Source: Eubacteriales bacterium | GTDB lineage: Bacteria; Bacillota; Clostridia; Oscillospirales; CAG-272 | Length of the DNA stretch: 64,000 bases | Assembly (NCBI GenBank): GCA_045643725.1 | Contig: JAZRFQ010000044.1 | Span: 5,136 to 69,135 of the forward strand | Direction of reading: 5' to 3' | Part shown: piece after piece, positions 62,899 through 64,000 of the stretch | Numbering within the stretch: position 1 is the first letter of the stretch | Layout: each line of letters starts with the position of its first letter | Program-made: the position numbers and the translations under genes | Notes under the pieces: generated by a model | Database searches by the model: none | Seen by the model: only the letters and a program-made list of their open reading frames with translations | What the model was told of the DNA's origin: nothing

Positions 62899-63591
62899 AT
62901 GACTATAATGGGACTGCAGAAGCTGACGCTTCTCGATTACCCCGGCAAGCTCGCCTGCACCGTCTTTACCGGCGGCTGCAATTTCAGATGCCCCTTCTGC
63001 CCTAACGCCTCGCTCGTCATTCCCGCCAAGTTCGGCGGTGCTATGCCTACCGATGAGTTCTTCGACTTCCTCGAGAAGCGTCGCGGCATACTTCAGGGCG
63101 TGTGCGTGAGCGGCGGCGAGCCGACCCTGATGTTCGACCTCGAGGAGTTCATTTCGAGGATCAAATCGATGGGCTTCCTCGTGAAGCTCGACACCAACGG
63201 CTCTCGCCCCGAGGTGCTCCGCGCCCTCGTTGAGAAGGGCCTTGTTGATTACGTCGCAATGGATATAAAGAACTCGCTCGATATGTACCCCAAAACCGTC
63301 GGCGTCGATGATTTTGACGTCACTCCCATAAAGCAGAGCGTAGAATATCTTATGTCGGGCGCGGTCGATTACGAGTTCCGCACGACACTCGTTTTTGGCC
63401 ACCATACCGAGCGCGAAATCGAAGAAATCGGCAAGTGGCTCAGAGGCGCGAAGCGCATCTATCTTCAGAACTTTGTGGACTCCGGCGACCTCATTTCCGA
63501 CGCTTGTAGCGGAGTAGACAAAAACACGACGGAAGCCTTGTGCAACCTGCTAAAAAGCTATATTCCGTCTTGTGAAATTCGAGGCCTTTAA
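62899..63591 (+). CDS. nrdG: Anaerobic ribonucleoside-triphosphate reductase activating protein (radical SAM)
   Basis: ..LLDYPGKLACTVFTGGCNFRCPFCPN.. (CxxxCxxC), ..GVCVSGGEPT..; 230 aa. Confidence 0.85.
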   Translation: MTIMGLQKLTLLDYPGKLACTVFTGGCNFRCPFCPNASLVIPAKFGGAMPTDEFFDFLEKRRGILQGVCVSGGEPTLMFDLEEFISRIKSMGFLVKLDTNGSRPEVLRALVEKGLVDYVAMDIKNSLDMYPKTVGVDDFDVTPIKQSVEYLMSGAVDYEFRTTLVFGHHTEREIEEIGKWLRGAKRIYLQNFVDSGDLISDACSGVDKNTTEALCNLLKSYIPSCEIRGL

Positions 63592-63644
63592 CACTATATA
63601 TCGTTCTAAAAGACAAAATTTATACAAAATGTTGTGTTTTCCTA

Positions 63645-63673
63645 TTGACAAACGGCACAAGATGTAGTATACT
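63645..63673 (+). promoter_or_regulatory. sigma-A promoter of nrdD
   Basis: TTGACA, 17 nt, TATACT. Confidence 0.55.
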
Positions 63674-63749
63674 GTAACTGCTCGCTCGCCGAGCTCCAAA
63701 ACAGTGAAAAATCAAAAAAACATAGACCAAATCAATAGGAGGAAACACC

Positions 63750-64000
63750 GTGTATACAGTTAAGAAAAGAGACGGCAAGGTCGTCGATTTTGACCTTAAG
63801 AAGATCTCCGATGCCATAACCCTTGCGTTTGAAGCACAGGAGAAGGAATACAACCCTAATATCATCGATTTCCTTGCACTCAAGGTCACAGCAGATTTCG
63901 AGCCCAAGATCAAGGATCATCATATCGCAGTAGAGGATATTCAGGACTCGGTTGAGTCTGTTCTTGTTCAGGCAGGCTACGCAGACGTAGCAAAGGCATA
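63750..64000 (+). CDS. nrdD: Anaerobic ribonucleoside-triphosphate reductase, N-terminal ATP-cone (3' end outside window)
   Basis: GTG start 7 nt after AGGAGG. VYTVKKRDGKVVDFDLKKISDAITLAFE.. is a typical ATP-cone start. The frame is open to the window edge, so it is absent from the ORF track. Confidence 0.7.
   Translation, partial: MYTVKKRDGKVVDFDLKKISDAITLAFEAQEKEYNPNIIDFLALKVTADFEPKIKDHHIAVEDIQDSVESVLVQAGYADVAKA

Noticed and set aside
1-64000. Search for defence islands, toxin-antitoxin pairs, prophage or other mobile elements, tRNA/rRNA genes and integration scars
   Set aside because: I found no recombinase, transposase, phage structural, restriction-modification or nuclease-helicase type products among the ORFs. 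I saw no long terminal or inverted repeats beyond the T-box pair. I noticed no compositional break, and the window looks like core metabolic chromosome.

Overview
This 64-kb chromosomal segment looks like it comes from a Gram-positive anaerobe, probably Clostridia-like. That call is an inference from many sigma-A type TTGACA-17-TATAAT promoters, GGAGG ribosome-binding sites, lipoprotein signal peptides, two T-box leaders and rho-independent terminators. I support about 50 protein genes. I could not recognise any rRNA, tRNA, CRISPR array, transposase, integrase, phage gene or known defence gene.

Layout:
- (1) 1-7.4 kb: the tail of an acidic surface protein, an L-cysteine desulfidase-like gene, and two tandem paralogous surface proteins. 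The first paralog sits behind a promoter with a G11 tract in its spacer.
- (2) 7.5-11.7 kb: a lipoprotein plus a MacB/FtsX-type ABC exporter.
- (3) 11.8-25.5 kb: the most unusual block. Two back-to-back T-box leaders control three acyl-CoA ligases that all carry unusual fusions. The same block holds a catalytically degenerate LeuA-like protein, a P-loop NTPase, a four-subunit 2-oxoacid:ferredoxin oxidoreductase and ilvE. I read this as a candidate route from branched short-chain fatty acids to Ile/Leu, induced by tRNA starvation.
- (4) 26.8-48.8 kb: a mixed-linkage beta-glucan utilisation locus. It contains two GH16 lichenases, two GH3 beta-glucosidases, a LytTR two-component system and an Opp-type ABC importer whose four large components are all oversized.
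- (5) 49-64 kb: housekeeping and miscellaneous genes. These are two PlsC-like acyltransferases, a GNAT::GrpB fusion, uxuA, dusB, an SDR, a flavin reductase, TrmH, a SLOG protein, nrdG and the start of nrdD.

Long ORFs antisense to real genes are codon-bias artefacts. Small-motif coordinates were counted by hand and may be off by 1-2 nt. No database or folding tool was available.
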